DNA of 64,000 bases, from the IMG/VR virus record IMGVR_UViG_3300023223_001973, positions 1 to 64,000 of that record. One strand, 5' to 3'. Source of the stretch: a virus. Below are positions 17,357-26,358 of this stretch, one piece after another. Positions within the stretch are counted from its first letter, which is position 1; each line of letters starts with the position of its first letter. The notes beneath the pieces were generated by a model that was not told the DNA's origin, ran no database searches, and saw only the letters and a program-made list of their open reading frames with translations. Position numbers and translations under genes: made by a program.

Positions 17357-18210
17357 TGCTTTGCTTCCACCACAATGATCATGATGGGCGATGTTCCGCC
17401 TCCATCGTTAGCCGTTGGAACAAACGGCGGGAACAGCCTAATGAACTTCGCTTTATCGAGATGGACTATAAGCTTCCTGTCCCTGTTGGTGAGATCATGG
17501 ATGGGGAGACAGTCTTCGTAGTTGACTTCTCCTTTGAACCAGATGACATGAAGCAGGTGCGCCAGAAGGCTGGTAATGTTATCTGGATTGATCATCACAA
17601 GACTGCTGAAGAGTATGGCTATGATGATCTGGATGGTCTACGCGACTTCTCCGACAAGGGGCCTTCAGGATGTGAGCTGTGTTGGATGCATCTGTTCCCT
17701 GATGAACCTATGCCTGACATAGTAAGGCTGATAGGGGACTATGATGCTTGGCGTCTGAAGATGGAGCCAGAGTGTTACCACGCCTTCGAAGGTATGAAGA
17801 TGGAGGACACTGAGCCCGAATCTGCAACATGGGCCGAGATGCTTGATGGTGGTGGAGATCTGGATAAGATCCTCACTCAAGGGCAGTCCGCCATCAAGTA
17901 CCGTGATAACTACTGTACTGGTATATCTGATTCTCATGGTTATGAGACCGAGATTGATGGGGAGCAGGCCTATGCCATGAACATGTATGGCTTTGGGTCC
18001 AACTGCTTCGGGAGTAAGATGGAAGAGTATTCTGTCTGCATTTGCTACATCCATGACGGTCAGCAATATACGTGTTCTGTCTACTCAGAGACAGTGGACG
18101 TATCAAAGATAGCTAAGAATCACGGTGGTGGTGGACATAAGGGTGCCGCAGGCTTTGTCTGTGATGAACTACCCTTCAAAAAGACGACTGAAGCAGGGTC
18201 TGAATCATGA
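17356..18210 (+). CDS. DHH/DHHA1 phosphoesterase (nanoRNase-like)
   Basis: HNDHDG, VVDFSF, WIDHH, GGGGHKGAAGF. Confidence 0.9.
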   Translation: MLCFHHNDHDGRCSASIVSRWNKRREQPNELRFIEMDYKLPVPVGEIMDGETVFVVDFSFEPDDMKQVRQKAGNVIWIDHHKTAEEYGYDDLDGLRDFSDKGPSGCELCWMHLFPDEPMPDIVRLIGDYDAWRLKMEPECYHAFEGMKMEDTEPESATWAEMLDGGGDLDKILTQGQSAIKYRDNYCTGISDSHGYETEIDGEQAYAMNMYGFGSNCFGSKMEEYSVCICYIHDGQQYTCSVYSETVDVSKIAKNHGGGGHKGAAGFVCDELPFKKTTEAGSES

Positions 18211-18239
18211 GGTATCATATTCTGTGAACCTATGACAAC

Positions 18240-18264
18240 TGAACAACGTGCTCCCCCGCACGTA
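18240..18264 (+). promoter_or_regulatory. ECF-type promoter upstream of sigma paralog 1
   Basis: TGAAC 18240-18244, N16, CGTA 18261-18264; an extra TGAACCT at 18225. Confidence 0.65.
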
Positions 18265-18301
18265 TGTTCTATGGACTTCTAGCCTGAAAGGATCAGTTAT
18301 T

Positions 18302-18910
18302 ATGAAGGACGAGATAGTCTCCCTAGAGGAGGCATATGAGATAGCCGCACAGCTTTGTCCCTCCATCATGAAGAAGTTGGAAATACCTTCCAACAAGATA
18401 TCCGAAGAAGATGTCATAGGACAGTTTATTACGAACTTTATTGAGAAGGGTTTTCTCAATAAGTTCAACCCCCGCGTTACTTCCTTCCGGTATTATGTCT
18501 ACATGGGCGTACGCAACGCCGCAGTCTCCATGATCCGACATCTCAAGTATGAGGTCACTTCACTGGATGCGATTACCCGTCCAGACCCTGATGGCAAGGT
18601 CTTGGACATTCCTGCACCAGAGCCTGTTCAAGAGATGATCATGAAAGGTCTGCTTGAGGAGGTTTGGGACTTCTCTTTCGGGTACGGCAAGATTGCCAAG
18701 TTGTATGGAGCTGAGGAAGACCTGATTGCCGAGTTACCATCCACTGCCCGCTCTGTTCTACAGATGCTGTTCATGAAATACAGCAAGGACGAAGTTGCCG
18801 CCTTCTTTGGGGTTACTGTCTCGACCATCAATAACGTGATCAGTAGCGTCAGAGATCAGGTTAAGGCGCGAAAGATAACACCGCAGGATTGCCTGTTATC
18901 TGCCTTTTGA
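18302..18910 (+). CDS. ECF-like sigma-70 factor, paralog 1
   Basis: Region 2-like EEDVIGQF...KFNPRVTSFRYYVYMGVRNAAVSMIR; region 4 HTH LPSTARSVLQM...YSKDEVAAFFGVTVSTI. Confidence 0.8.
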   Translation: MKDEIVSLEEAYEIAAQLCPSIMKKLEIPSNKISEEDVIGQFITNFIEKGFLNKFNPRVTSFRYYVYMGVRNAAVSMIRHLKYEVTSLDAITRPDPDGKVLDIPAPEPVQEMIMKGLLEEVWDFSFGYGKIAKLYGAEEDLIAELPSTARSVLQMLFMKYSKDEVAAFFGVTVSTINNVISSVRDQVKARKITPQDCLLSAF

Positions 18911-18932
18911 ACCTAAGCCCTTCCTTAACGTA
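18908..18932 (+). promoter_or_regulatory. Phage ECF-type promoter
   Basis: TGAACCT 18908-18914, CGTA 18929-18932. Confidence 0.8.
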
Positions 18933-18965
18933 CTTTAATAGGATCACTTAAAGGAGGGCACTATT

Positions 18966-19283
18966 GTGGCTTTACTCTGGACGGTCATGAAGCGGAAGAA
19001 GGATGGTGAGTTTACTGAGGAACCTGAGGTAGCTCAGAAAGTTCAGATCATCACTTCCGATGGTACCCTTGTGCTGCGTGACTCTTCAGGTCAGATTGAG
19101 TCTTATGAGTTCCTGGCCGAGACCTTCGAGTTCTTCGAGGATGGCATTCGTATTCACGGTATTGAGATAGACCGGGATGGGGATGAGATAACTTCTGAGC
19201 AGACTCTCGACTGCGTTCCGGAAGGAATGACCATTGATGTTGAGGACTACAGCCCACTTCTTCCAACTCCTGATCATGGCTGA
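18966..19283 (+). CDS. Acidic hypothetical protein between the sigma genes
   Basis: AAGGAGG RBS, GTG start. Confidence 0.65.
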   Translation: MALLWTVMKRKKDGEFTEEPEVAQKVQIITSDGTLVLRDSSGQIESYEFLAETFEFFEDGIRIHGIEIDRDGDEITSEQTLDCVPEGMTIDVEDYSPLLPTPDHG

Positions 19284-19342
19284 TGTGATCCGGTCACTCC
19301 CTGCCAGTTACTGATAATAGAGCCTCTATTATCGGAGCTGTC

Positions 19343-20029
19343 ATGCCAGAAGCTGTCCAAACTACTTCTACAGGTGAAGAAGAGATTATTAAGGCATATA
19401 ACCTCGCTCAGAAGTTCGCTCCTGGGATAATTAAGAAGTTCAATCTTCAGGGTCAGATTGATCCAGAGGACATTGTTGGCCTCTTCATTACCAACTTCAT
19501 CGACAAGGGCTTCTTAGACAAGTTCAACCCCAAGGTTATGTCCTTTGATCGGTATGTCTGGCAGGGTCTTCGCAACTCAGCTATTCAGGCTGTTCGTAGG
19601 AAGAAGGAGCGCACCTCTATTCAGGCCATGGGTGGTGAGGAAGGTGACCTTGGAGACATTCTTCCTGCTGAAGCACCCAAGAGCCGGGAGTTCGTGGAGG
19701 AACTGATTGACGACATTGAGGACTTCAAGTTTGGTTATGGGAAGACTGCCATACTCATGAGTGAGCCGACGGACCCTTCTGATAAACCTGAGGTTATTGC
19801 TGAACTTCCTTCCTCGGCACGTTCCATTATGAAGATGCTCTCTATGGGCTACAAGCCCTTTGAGATAGCTCAGAAGTTTGGCGTCTCTCCGGGTACCATA
19901 TCTGGTGCTATGAAGAGGATTAAGACCGAGCTCAAGGCAGTCTATCCTGAACGCTTTGTCGAAGCTATTCTTCACATACCTGAAGGTATGACCCTGTTCG
20001 ACTCTACCTTAAAACATTTCCTTGGGTAA
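19343..20029 (+). CDS. ECF-like sigma-70 factor, paralog 2
   Basis: Clearly similar to paralog 1 (FITNFI.KGFL.KFNP; FGYGK.A; IAELPS.ARS); HTH YKPFEIAQKFGVSPGTI. Confidence 0.8.
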   Translation: MPEAVQTTSTGEEEIIKAYNLAQKFAPGIIKKFNLQGQIDPEDIVGLFITNFIDKGFLDKFNPKVMSFDRYVWQGLRNSAIQAVRRKKERTSIQAMGGEEGDLGDILPAEAPKSREFVEELIDDIEDFKFGYGKTAILMSEPTDPSDKPEVIAELPSSARSIMKMLSMGYKPFEIAQKFGVSPGTISGAMKRIKTELKAVYPERFVEAILHIPEGMTLFDSTLKHFLG

Positions 20030-20060
20030 CACTTCTGCGTATAACATTCGGGAGGTTACC

Positions 20061-20420
20061 ATGTTTAGGGTTCCAGCTCTCAAAGAGCTTGAAGGGGTTG
20101 ATGCTGAGCCTCTTGGTAAGAAGATCTGGAAGTATGAGCGGTTTGTACACAAGCAGCGTATCCTTATAGTAAATACCAACCTCTCTGATCCTTCTGAGAA
20201 GATCTTTATGATAGAGTACCAGATTGGGCCTGAGGTTCTCAACTCCATTATTGAAGGCGTATCTACTATAGAAGAGGCGCTCAAGAAGTATGCCAAGACC
20301 ATGCATAGTAGCCTGATTGAGATGAAGAAGAAGATTGATACGCAGCGGTTTAGAGCAAATAGCGCACCTCCACCTGGGTTTGATATTCAGGGTCCTGATC
20401 GCGGTATAATAACCCCTTGA
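20061..20420 (+). CDS. Hypothetical protein
   Basis: GGAGG RBS before ATG 20061. Confidence 0.6.
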   Translation: MFRVPALKELEGVDAEPLGKKIWKYERFVHKQRILIVNTNLSDPSEKIFMIEYQIGPEVLNSIIEGVSTIEEALKKYAKTMHSSLIEMKKKIDTQRFRANSAPPPGFDIQGPDRGIITP

Positions 20421-20442
20421 ACCTAAGCTCATGCCATGCGTA
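20418..20442 (+). promoter_or_regulatory. Phage ECF-type promoter
   Basis: TGAACCT 20418-20424, CGTA 20439-20442. Confidence 0.8.
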
Positions 20443-20467
20443 CCTTCCTTAGAAAAGGAGGTGCCGA

Positions 20468-20980
20468 ATGGGCATGACGTTTACGGAACCAACCGTAGTC
20501 ATCAACTACAAGCCTTATGCTAAGATGATGCACTACATTCGCTGGGCCAAGGGTGAAATCTCTGGCTTCGGTGAAGCAGAGTTCAGGGACAACCACGTCG
20601 TAGTGGTTAAGTCCGTTTTCATCCTTCCTCAAGAGTGTTCAGCTGCATACACTGAGCTGACCGAAGAGGGTCTCACCGACTTTCTGTACCACTGTGCTAA
20701 AAAGGGTAAGGACCCCTCTAGCTTTCGGTTCTGGTGGCACTCACACGTGAACTTCAGCGTGTTCTTCTCCACGATTGACACTGACAACATCGCAAGGTTG
20801 GCCTCTGTTGCACCTTGGGTGTCGCTCTGTGCCAACAAGAGGGGGCACATGGTTGCCCGTTATGATGATGGTGGGAAGTCTACCCCCATGGGCATCTTCG
20901 TAAACCCTACTTCTGGCTCGCACCTAATGCGCATCTGCAGAAAGCAGATAAAGCGGATGGTCGGGCCAGTGAAGTCATAG
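20468..20980 (+). CDS. JAB/MPN+ metalloprotease (deubiquitinase-like)
   Basis: GEISG (catalytic E); WWHSHVNFSVFFSTID = HxH-x7-S-x2-D. Confidence 0.85.
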   Translation: MGMTFTEPTVVINYKPYAKMMHYIRWAKGEISGFGEAEFRDNHVVVVKSVFILPQECSAAYTELTEEGLTDFLYHCAKKGKDPSSFRFWWHSHVNFSVFFSTIDTDNIARLASVAPWVSLCANKRGHMVARYDDGGKSTPMGIFVNPTSGSHLMRICRKQIKRMVGPVKS

Positions 20981-21022
20981 CTCCAGAGTCACTTTGGGAT
21001 CTTTACGGTGAAGGAGAGGACG

Positions 21023-21823
21023 ATGAATCAAGCTGACTATAGCCGTCAGTCTGACCTTGTGAACATGGCTGTCTTGCAGGGCCTCCGTGCCACGGTTATC
21101 GGTGCTGGAGCTGTGGGCTCTTACTCTGCACTGGCGTTGGCCAAGATGGGGTTGGGCACCATTGAAGTCTATGATGACGACGTTGTGGCCCCGCACAACC
21201 TGCCAAACCAGTTCTTCCGCAACTCTGACACGGGCAAGCTGAAGGTGGATGCCCTTGCAGAAATTCTGGCTGACTTCACGGATGCTACGGTAGAGCCCCA
21301 TGCTGATCTATACAACGATCAGGAGTTGTATCCTGTGGTGATCGTGGCTGTTGACTCTATGGCTGCTCGCCGGGTGGTCTGGGAGCAGTTCAAGGGTTCC
21401 AATGCTCAGGTCTACATTGAGGCCCGCATGGGCGGTCAGCTCGGTGCTGTTTATACCATCCGCAAGGCTCAAGGTGTCTTGTCTGAGGAAGACAAGCTCT
21501 GGTATGAGCAGTATCTGTATGATGACAGTGAAGCCGACCCTGTGCGGTGTACCGAGAAGTCCATCATTTACAACGTGCAGATGATATCTTCTCTGATCTG
21601 CCGTGCTCTCCGTGCTGTGATCATGCGCGAGGAAGGGTACCCGAAGGAGTTTGTCTTCGACATGCACCACATGCAGACGTACTCGCAGGAGACCCTTGTT
21701 GAGGAAGAGCTGGTAGAGATTGAGGCTGACGTTGAGGACATCTTCGATGAAGATGAGGACGAGAATGACCTGGATGATGAGTTCGGTGAAGAGGACGAGA
21801 TTGAGTATGAGGTCATTACCTGA
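21023..21823 (+). CDS. ThiF/MoeB/E1-like adenylating enzyme with acidic tail
   Basis: YSRQ, VIGAGAVGS, YDDDVVAPHNLPNQ, GKLKV, AVDSMAAR, candidate catalytic Cys in PVRCTE. Confidence 0.9.
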   Translation: MNQADYSRQSDLVNMAVLQGLRATVIGAGAVGSYSALALAKMGLGTIEVYDDDVVAPHNLPNQFFRNSDTGKLKVDALAEILADFTDATVEPHADLYNDQELYPVVIVAVDSMAARRVVWEQFKGSNAQVYIEARMGGQLGAVYTIRKAQGVLSEEDKLWYEQYLYDDSEADPVRCTEKSIIYNVQMISSLICRALRAVIMREEGYPKEFVFDMHHMQTYSQETLVEEELVEIEADVEDIFDEDEDENDLDDEFGEEDEIEYEVIT

Positions 21824-21845
21824 ACCTCCTATCTCCTTATGCGTA
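21821..21845 (+). promoter_or_regulatory. Phage ECF-type promoter
   Basis: TGAACCT 21821-21827, CGTA 21842-21845. Confidence 0.8.
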
Positions 21846-21863
21846 TAAGTAGTAGGAGAGGTT

Positions 21864-23141
21864 ATGGCAAGACGCAGTAATCCACATGAAGCCTTTCAAA
21901 ACTTCCTGAATGAGCAGGAGAGGGCTCGCTTGCGTCTTAACGATACTCCGGAAGCTGTTGAGGAAGATCAGCTCATAGAGATGGAAGACATGGACTCTGC
22001 TGTCACTGGAGGTACTTCGTCAACGACGATCCGGGTAGAGATCAATGATGGTACGGATGCTACCTTCTCGATGCGAGAGGTTACTCCTACGCCCGCAACG
22101 CGCCCTACTCAGGCTGAGGCCCGGAGAGCTCGACGCCGCCGCCTTATTGGTAGTAATCCTCCTACCCCTCGTAGGCGACGCCGCCGCCCTCGTCCCGTTG
22201 CAGACCCGACTGAGAATGAGGGGAAGGGTAGGTCGAAGCATAAGATCTTTCTGGACCCGTACAAGGACCTTTTGCCACGCGAGTTAAAGCGTAAGGGTAA
22301 GAAGTTCTTCAAGACTATTCTGTTCTCCTCTAAGCTATGGGAACGGGTAGAGTGGTACTGGCGCTACATGGCCGGTAAATCCTATCAGGGTAAGAAGTCC
22401 CGGGATACATCGGTACAGCCCTGGGTTGCCATGTTGGGTGAGAAGGATGGGGTGGTCTCTCGCTTTGTCAAGGCGGACACTGGTAGCCAAGGTCAGCATG
22501 GTGGCTGCTGGAACATGCCCGATCTGACGATTGATGAAATGACGTATGCCGCTGTAAAGCTGGCAGAACGTGGTTACTCTCTGGTTGGAGTGATTCGGGT
22601 AGGCCGGTTTGAGTTGGATGAAGCGGTAGGACTTCGCGGCCCGGCACTTCAAGAGTTTGCACAACAGGGAGCCAACTTCTTCATGCTCTCGGTAGGCATT
22701 GAGGGAGCATGCGTTGAATGTTGGGACCTTGCCAAGCGTACTATAGTTGAGCACAACTATCGTGTTTTAGCCCCGGGTGAGAAGCCCACAGAAGAGGAGA
22801 AGCGTCATGGCCAAGGAACTGAAGAAGGCAAAGAAGTCGAAGAAGGTCAAGAAGAAGTCGAGCGGCAGCTCGGAGCTGGTGCAGTCGGGAGGCATCCGAG
22901 TGATGCTGGTCAAGCTGGCGGAGCCGATGAAGGTGGCGAACCTGCAGAGGGCGTGCTCCCTCAGGGAGTTCCTGGATCGTCGGAACATGCAGCTGAGCCC
23001 GAGCATCCGGGTGAACCGGAAGGTCCGGAGCGGGGACTATGTGCTTCAGGACAACGACATCGTGACTCAGATCACCAAGGTCAGCGGCGGGAACGTGAGC
23101 TGACCGATGCGGAAAGGGCGCTGTGGGGCATCATGGAGTAG
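21864..23141 (+). CDS. Hypothetical protein with Arg-rich tract and possible inactive MPN-like domain; 3' part overlaps the Ubl gene
   Basis: AGGAG RBS; VAMLG...GYSLVGVIRVG resembles an MPN core without HxH. Confidence 0.55.
   Translation: MARRSNPHEAFQNFLNEQERARLRLNDTPEAVEEDQLIEMEDMDSAVTGGTSSTTIRVEINDGTDATFSMREVTPTPATRPTQAEARRARRRRLIGSNPPTPRRRRRRPRPVADPTENEGKGRSKHKIFLDPYKDLLPRELKRKGKKFFKTILFSSKLWERVEWYWRYMAGKSYQGKKSRDTSVQPWVAMLGEKDGVVSRFVKADTGSQGQHGGCWNMPDLTIDEMTYAAVKLAERGYSLVGVIRVGRFELDEAVGLRGPALQEFAQQGANFFMLSVGIEGACVECWDLAKRTIVEHNYRVLAPGEKPTEEEKRHGQGTEEGKEVEEGQEEVERQLGAGAVGRHPSDAGQAGGADEGGEPAEGVLPQGVPGSSEHAAEPEHPGEPEGPERGLCASGQRHRDSDHQGQRRERELTDAERALWGIME
22807..23103 (+). CDS. Ubiquitin-like (ThiS/MoaD beta-grasp) protein with Lys-rich leader, ending GG-NVS
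   Basis: SLREFL...IRVN...DYVLQDNDIV...KVSGG; own AGGAG RBS; next to E1 and JAB. Confidence 0.75.
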   Translation: MAKELKKAKKSKKVKKKSSGSSELVQSGGIRVMLVKLAEPMKVANLQRACSLREFLDRRNMQLSPSIRVNRKVRSGDYVLQDNDIVTQITKVSGGNVS

Positions 23142-23170
23142 GATATCCATGGTGTCCCCTCCTTTCCTTT

Positions 23171-23195
23171 TGAACCTCTTGCCTTCCCTTGCGTA
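23171..23195 (+). promoter_or_regulatory. Phage ECF-type promoter
   Basis: TGAACCT 23171-23177, CGTA 23192-23195. Confidence 0.8.
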
Positions 23196-23203
23196 TTATA
23201 AGT

Positions 23204-24037
23204 ATGAGCATGCAGACCCTCGCTGACAACCTTTCTAAAGAGGAACTGAGCTTCCTGTTCAGACGCAAGTCTGTCAAGGATATGGCACGTATCCTCGGTC
23301 TTACCACTTCCAATACCTATGCTCTCATGCGTGAGAGAAAGTTCCAGACTGGCAAGGAGTTTCTGAAGACTCATCAGAATGATGAGCTGGCTAAAGAAGT
23401 TGCTTGTCATGTCTCTTTTAAGGCCATGGCTAAGTATTACGCCTGTTCTGCGGCTTTTGTTAAGGCTCTTGTGAGGGATGTATATGATCCTTACCCTTCT
23501 GAGAAGGTCTTTCATGAGCCTTCACATGTCCAAGATGTATGGAATCGTACAGGTTCAGTGGCCCTTACTGGTGTGTTGTTGGATGTGACACCTTCGGTAC
23601 TCCGGGCCTTCATCAAGCAGAACAAGCTGGTCAAGCCCGATGCCCCGGACTATAATACTGACCTGTCTCATCAGTTTGGACGTCAAGCCGAACGTGATTA
23701 CCGAGAGTTTCGCAATCTGCCTATTGAAGCTGACCGGACGTATCATGATCCGAACCATCCTTACGATATTGATGATCAAGAATACGGGAAGGTGAATGTC
23801 AAGGCATCGAAGGTTGCCCGGTACAAGCAGAAGTCCTTGTTGGATAAGGAATACTGGAAGTTTGACCTTACTGGCGCACCTGCATGCAACAACTTCGCTC
23901 TCATGTTCTATCGGAAAGGCAAGCTCATCGAGATTGTGATGCTTCCTTCCTCAGCGGCATCCGCTATGAAGACCACGACTCTCATTGTGAATTACAAGAA
24001 CAGGGAAATCATACGCCTCTTTGGCCGTATCCTTTAA
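23204..24037 (+). CDS. Tandem-HTH protein with C-terminal PD-(D/E)xK-like nuclease domain
   Basis: HTH SVKDMARILGLTTSNTY; GRQAE...HPYDID...VNVKAS. Confidence 0.55.
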   Translation: MSMQTLADNLSKEELSFLFRRKSVKDMARILGLTTSNTYALMRERKFQTGKEFLKTHQNDELAKEVACHVSFKAMAKYYACSAAFVKALVRDVYDPYPSEKVFHEPSHVQDVWNRTGSVALTGVLLDVTPSVLRAFIKQNKLVKPDAPDYNTDLSHQFGRQAERDYREFRNLPIEADRTYHDPNHPYDIDDQEYGKVNVKASKVARYKQKSLLDKEYWKFDLTGAPACNNFALMFYRKGKLIEIVMLPSSAASAMKTTTLIVNYKNREIIRLFGRIL

Positions 24038-24048
24038 GGAGTTTGATA

Positions 24049-24666
24049 ATGCCTGATCCAACTGAAGCTGAGGTACCACTCGCTGCCAAGAAGGCTGAAG
24101 CAGGAGCTAAGAGGGATGTCAATACTCAAGCTGTGACTCGTATGAAGAATCTTGTAGCTGACCTTCGTGCTGAGTTGGCAACCGAACGGGCTCGTAACAA
24201 GACTGCTGCCAAGGAGCTTGTTGACTCTATTCGGAACAAGGTGCGCAAGGAGCTGGAGCTGCTTGGTAGTGCTCGCAACGAGATCCATGATCGTGTTGTC
24301 ATGATGGGCAAGAGCGTAAAAACCTCTATTGTAGAGGCTGAGGATCGGATCATGAAGGTGGTGGAAGGCGAGCTTCAGGCTGCTCGTGATCTGTTGGAAG
24401 AGAATATCATGCAGGACAAGACCGCTATTCATAGGGTCTTGGGCTCTTCCAAGGCTATCCAGTCCTTCAAGGCTAAGATGGATGTTGTGGCCTCTAGGCT
24501 TATTACTATGGAACGCTCGGTTAAGACGCAGAGTGATGAGCAACAGCGGATGAAGGATTCTCTGACTCTGCTGGAGCAGCGCATGGGTGAGCAGGAGCAT
24601 AGATTCTCCGTTGATGAAAGGGGCCACGTACTTATTAAGAAGGACAAACGTAAATCTGGTAGGTAG
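24049..24666 (+). CDS. Coiled-coil hypothetical protein
   Basis: AAGGAG RBS; heptad-rich sequence. Confidence 0.65.
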   Translation: MPDPTEAEVPLAAKKAEAGAKRDVNTQAVTRMKNLVADLRAELATERARNKTAAKELVDSIRNKVRKELELLGSARNEIHDRVVMMGKSVKTSIVEAEDRIMKVVEGELQAARDLLEENIMQDKTAIHRVLGSSKAIQSFKAKMDVVASRLITMERSVKTQSDEQQRMKDSLTLLEQRMGEQEHRFSVDERGHVLIKKDKRKSGR

Positions 24667-24667
24667 T

Positions 24668-25180
24668 ATGAACGTAGTCTTACCTCATTCTCCTTATTTG
24701 CTCATATCCCCGACCGCTGGTGAGCACTTGCACCGGTGTGCCTTAGCTGGCTTTCCAATTATCACAGGTACTGCTCAGGAGATCTCTGAAGAGCTGATTA
24801 GTCTGAAGTTAACGACGTTGGACCATCCGATTGCTGTAGGCGATATCTCCCCATCTGTGGCTGGCTATGACATTGAGGCTCGGCTTTTGAAGGTGTTGGA
24901 GAGTCTGCTGCCTGATGTTCTCTTCTTCTCTACTGTCGACGCTTTCAGCATGACCTTTCTGTCTCGCTTTGCTCAGGTGGTTAAGCAGGTTCCTATCCTG
25001 AAGTCTGTATCAGACTCTAGCCGTCTCTTTAAAGCATTCATGAGAGAGCACCCTCCGGAGATGACACTGGAAGAGGGCGTGAAGAAGGTGATAGAGATAG
25101 CTCCTTCATGCTTTGAGTTCTACATCAACTTTAGGAATTCTAAGGTACCAGCGAAGGCTAAGTTAGTGGAGCTGCTGTGA
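24668..25180 (+). CDS. Hypothetical protein
   Basis: Tightly packed ORF in the replication operon. Confidence 0.6.
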   Translation: MNVVLPHSPYLLISPTAGEHLHRCALAGFPIITGTAQEISEELISLKLTTLDHPIAVGDISPSVAGYDIEARLLKVLESLLPDVLFFSTVDAFSMTFLSRFAQVVKQVPILKSVSDSSRLFKAFMREHPPEMTLEEGVKKVIEIAPSCFEFYINFRNSKVPAKAKLVELL

Positions 25181-25815
25181 TAAACATTTACTGTTATGAT
25201 CCGGAGATAGTGGCTCAGGTCTATCCTGAACTCACGGTGGTGAGAGAAGGGGACTATGTTGGTCACGGTCAGTTGTTTATAGGTCGTGGCCAACCCTTTG
25301 GTGAACCTGATGCCTATCAGGTTACCCGGGTCCTAAACCAGCAGACAGAGATCAGCCTTCCCGATCGGTGGAAGGTGGTTGAGAAGGCTCATGAACGGAA
25401 GGGCAAGCGTATCCCTAAGTCTCTTCAGAAGTACGTTGAGCGCATGGACCCTGAAGAATTCATTACCGAGCTACGGTACTTCATGGCCTGTACTAAGTGG
25501 GTGAAGCTCTCCTCTATGGAGGCTAAGATTTATATGCTTTTCGATGCTCTAACCCAGTCCCGTGACAGCTTCATGAAGCAGTACTTTGCTCTGCGTCAGA
25601 CCTATTCATATCAGGAGATCTGGGCTTCGGTGGTTACCTTCTTCCTACGGGTGGTGAACTATGATTCCACAGACACCAACATTTCTGACTTCTACAAGAA
25701 GGTGATAGAGCGATTCAAGAACCAGTCTTCAAAGATTCGGTCAGCTCTTACCTTCTTTAATACCAATGTGTACAATGAAGTTACTGTTGTGATGTTTTTC
25801 TTATCCGTAAGGTAA
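25177..25815 (+). CDS. Hypothetical protein
   Basis: GTGA overlap, 212 aa. Confidence 0.6.
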   Translation: MINIYCYDPEIVAQVYPELTVVREGDYVGHGQLFIGRGQPFGEPDAYQVTRVLNQQTEISLPDRWKVVEKAHERKGKRIPKSLQKYVERMDPEEFITELRYFMACTKWVKLSSMEAKIYMLFDALTQSRDSFMKQYFALRQTYSYQEIWASVVTFFLRVVNYDSTDTNISDFYKKVIERFKNQSSKIRSALTFFNTNVYNEVTVVMFFLSVR

Positions 25816-25817
25816 GT

Positions 25818-26357
25818 ATGGCCACGAGTCACCCACTGTACCTACCGAAGTTCCTTTGTCCTGAGTATGAGTCTCAAACTGTTTACTCTGGAGATTTATT
25901 TGATAGGTGGCAGGCTTGTACAACCTGTCAGTACTCCAGTCCTGAGAGACGCATGCCGACTGGACAACATGATGCCTCTAACCTCATCATAGTGAAGTCC
26001 TCCGATAGCTTCCCTGTAACGCCTCTTAAGATGAATATGTTCAACCAGTTTCTGTTTAGGGAAGGTATCGACCATCATGATTATATGTTGGTAGCCTTAT
26101 ATCACTGTATGATGCATGGTAAGAAGGTGAATCCTGAGATTGAGTCTGGCTGTCTCATGTGGCTGAATGTTTTCTTCCAACGGCTGAAGAACATTGATAC
26201 CATTATTGTGTCGGGGAATGAGGTAGCTCGTTTGCTCTTTCGGAAGGAGATAGAAGCCTATATGAGAGGGACTGCTCCTGTCCAGGTCACTTACAAGGAA
26301 AGGGTATTGAACCTCACGTTACGCCCATCGTATCTTAGGAAGACGAAGGAGTTCTAA
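25818..26357 (+). CDS. Degenerate family-4 uracil-DNA-glycosylase-like protein
   Basis: CTTC...G...ASNLIIV; C...EIESGC...IIVSGNEVARLL pattern; catalytic GE.PG not conserved. Confidence 0.5.
   Translation: MATSHPLYLPKFLCPEYESQTVYSGDLFDRWQACTTCQYSSPERRMPTGQHDASNLIIVKSSDSFPVTPLKMNMFNQFLFREGIDHHDYMLVALYHCMMHGKKVNPEIESGCLMWLNVFFQRLKNIDTIIVSGNEVARLLFRKEIEAYMRGTAPVQVTYKERVLNLTLRPSYLRKTKEF
26308..26332 (+). promoter_or_regulatory. Phage ECF-type promoter (inside upstream gene)
   Basis: TGAACCT 26308-26314, CGTA 26329-26332. Confidence 0.75.
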
Positions 26358-26358
26358 G

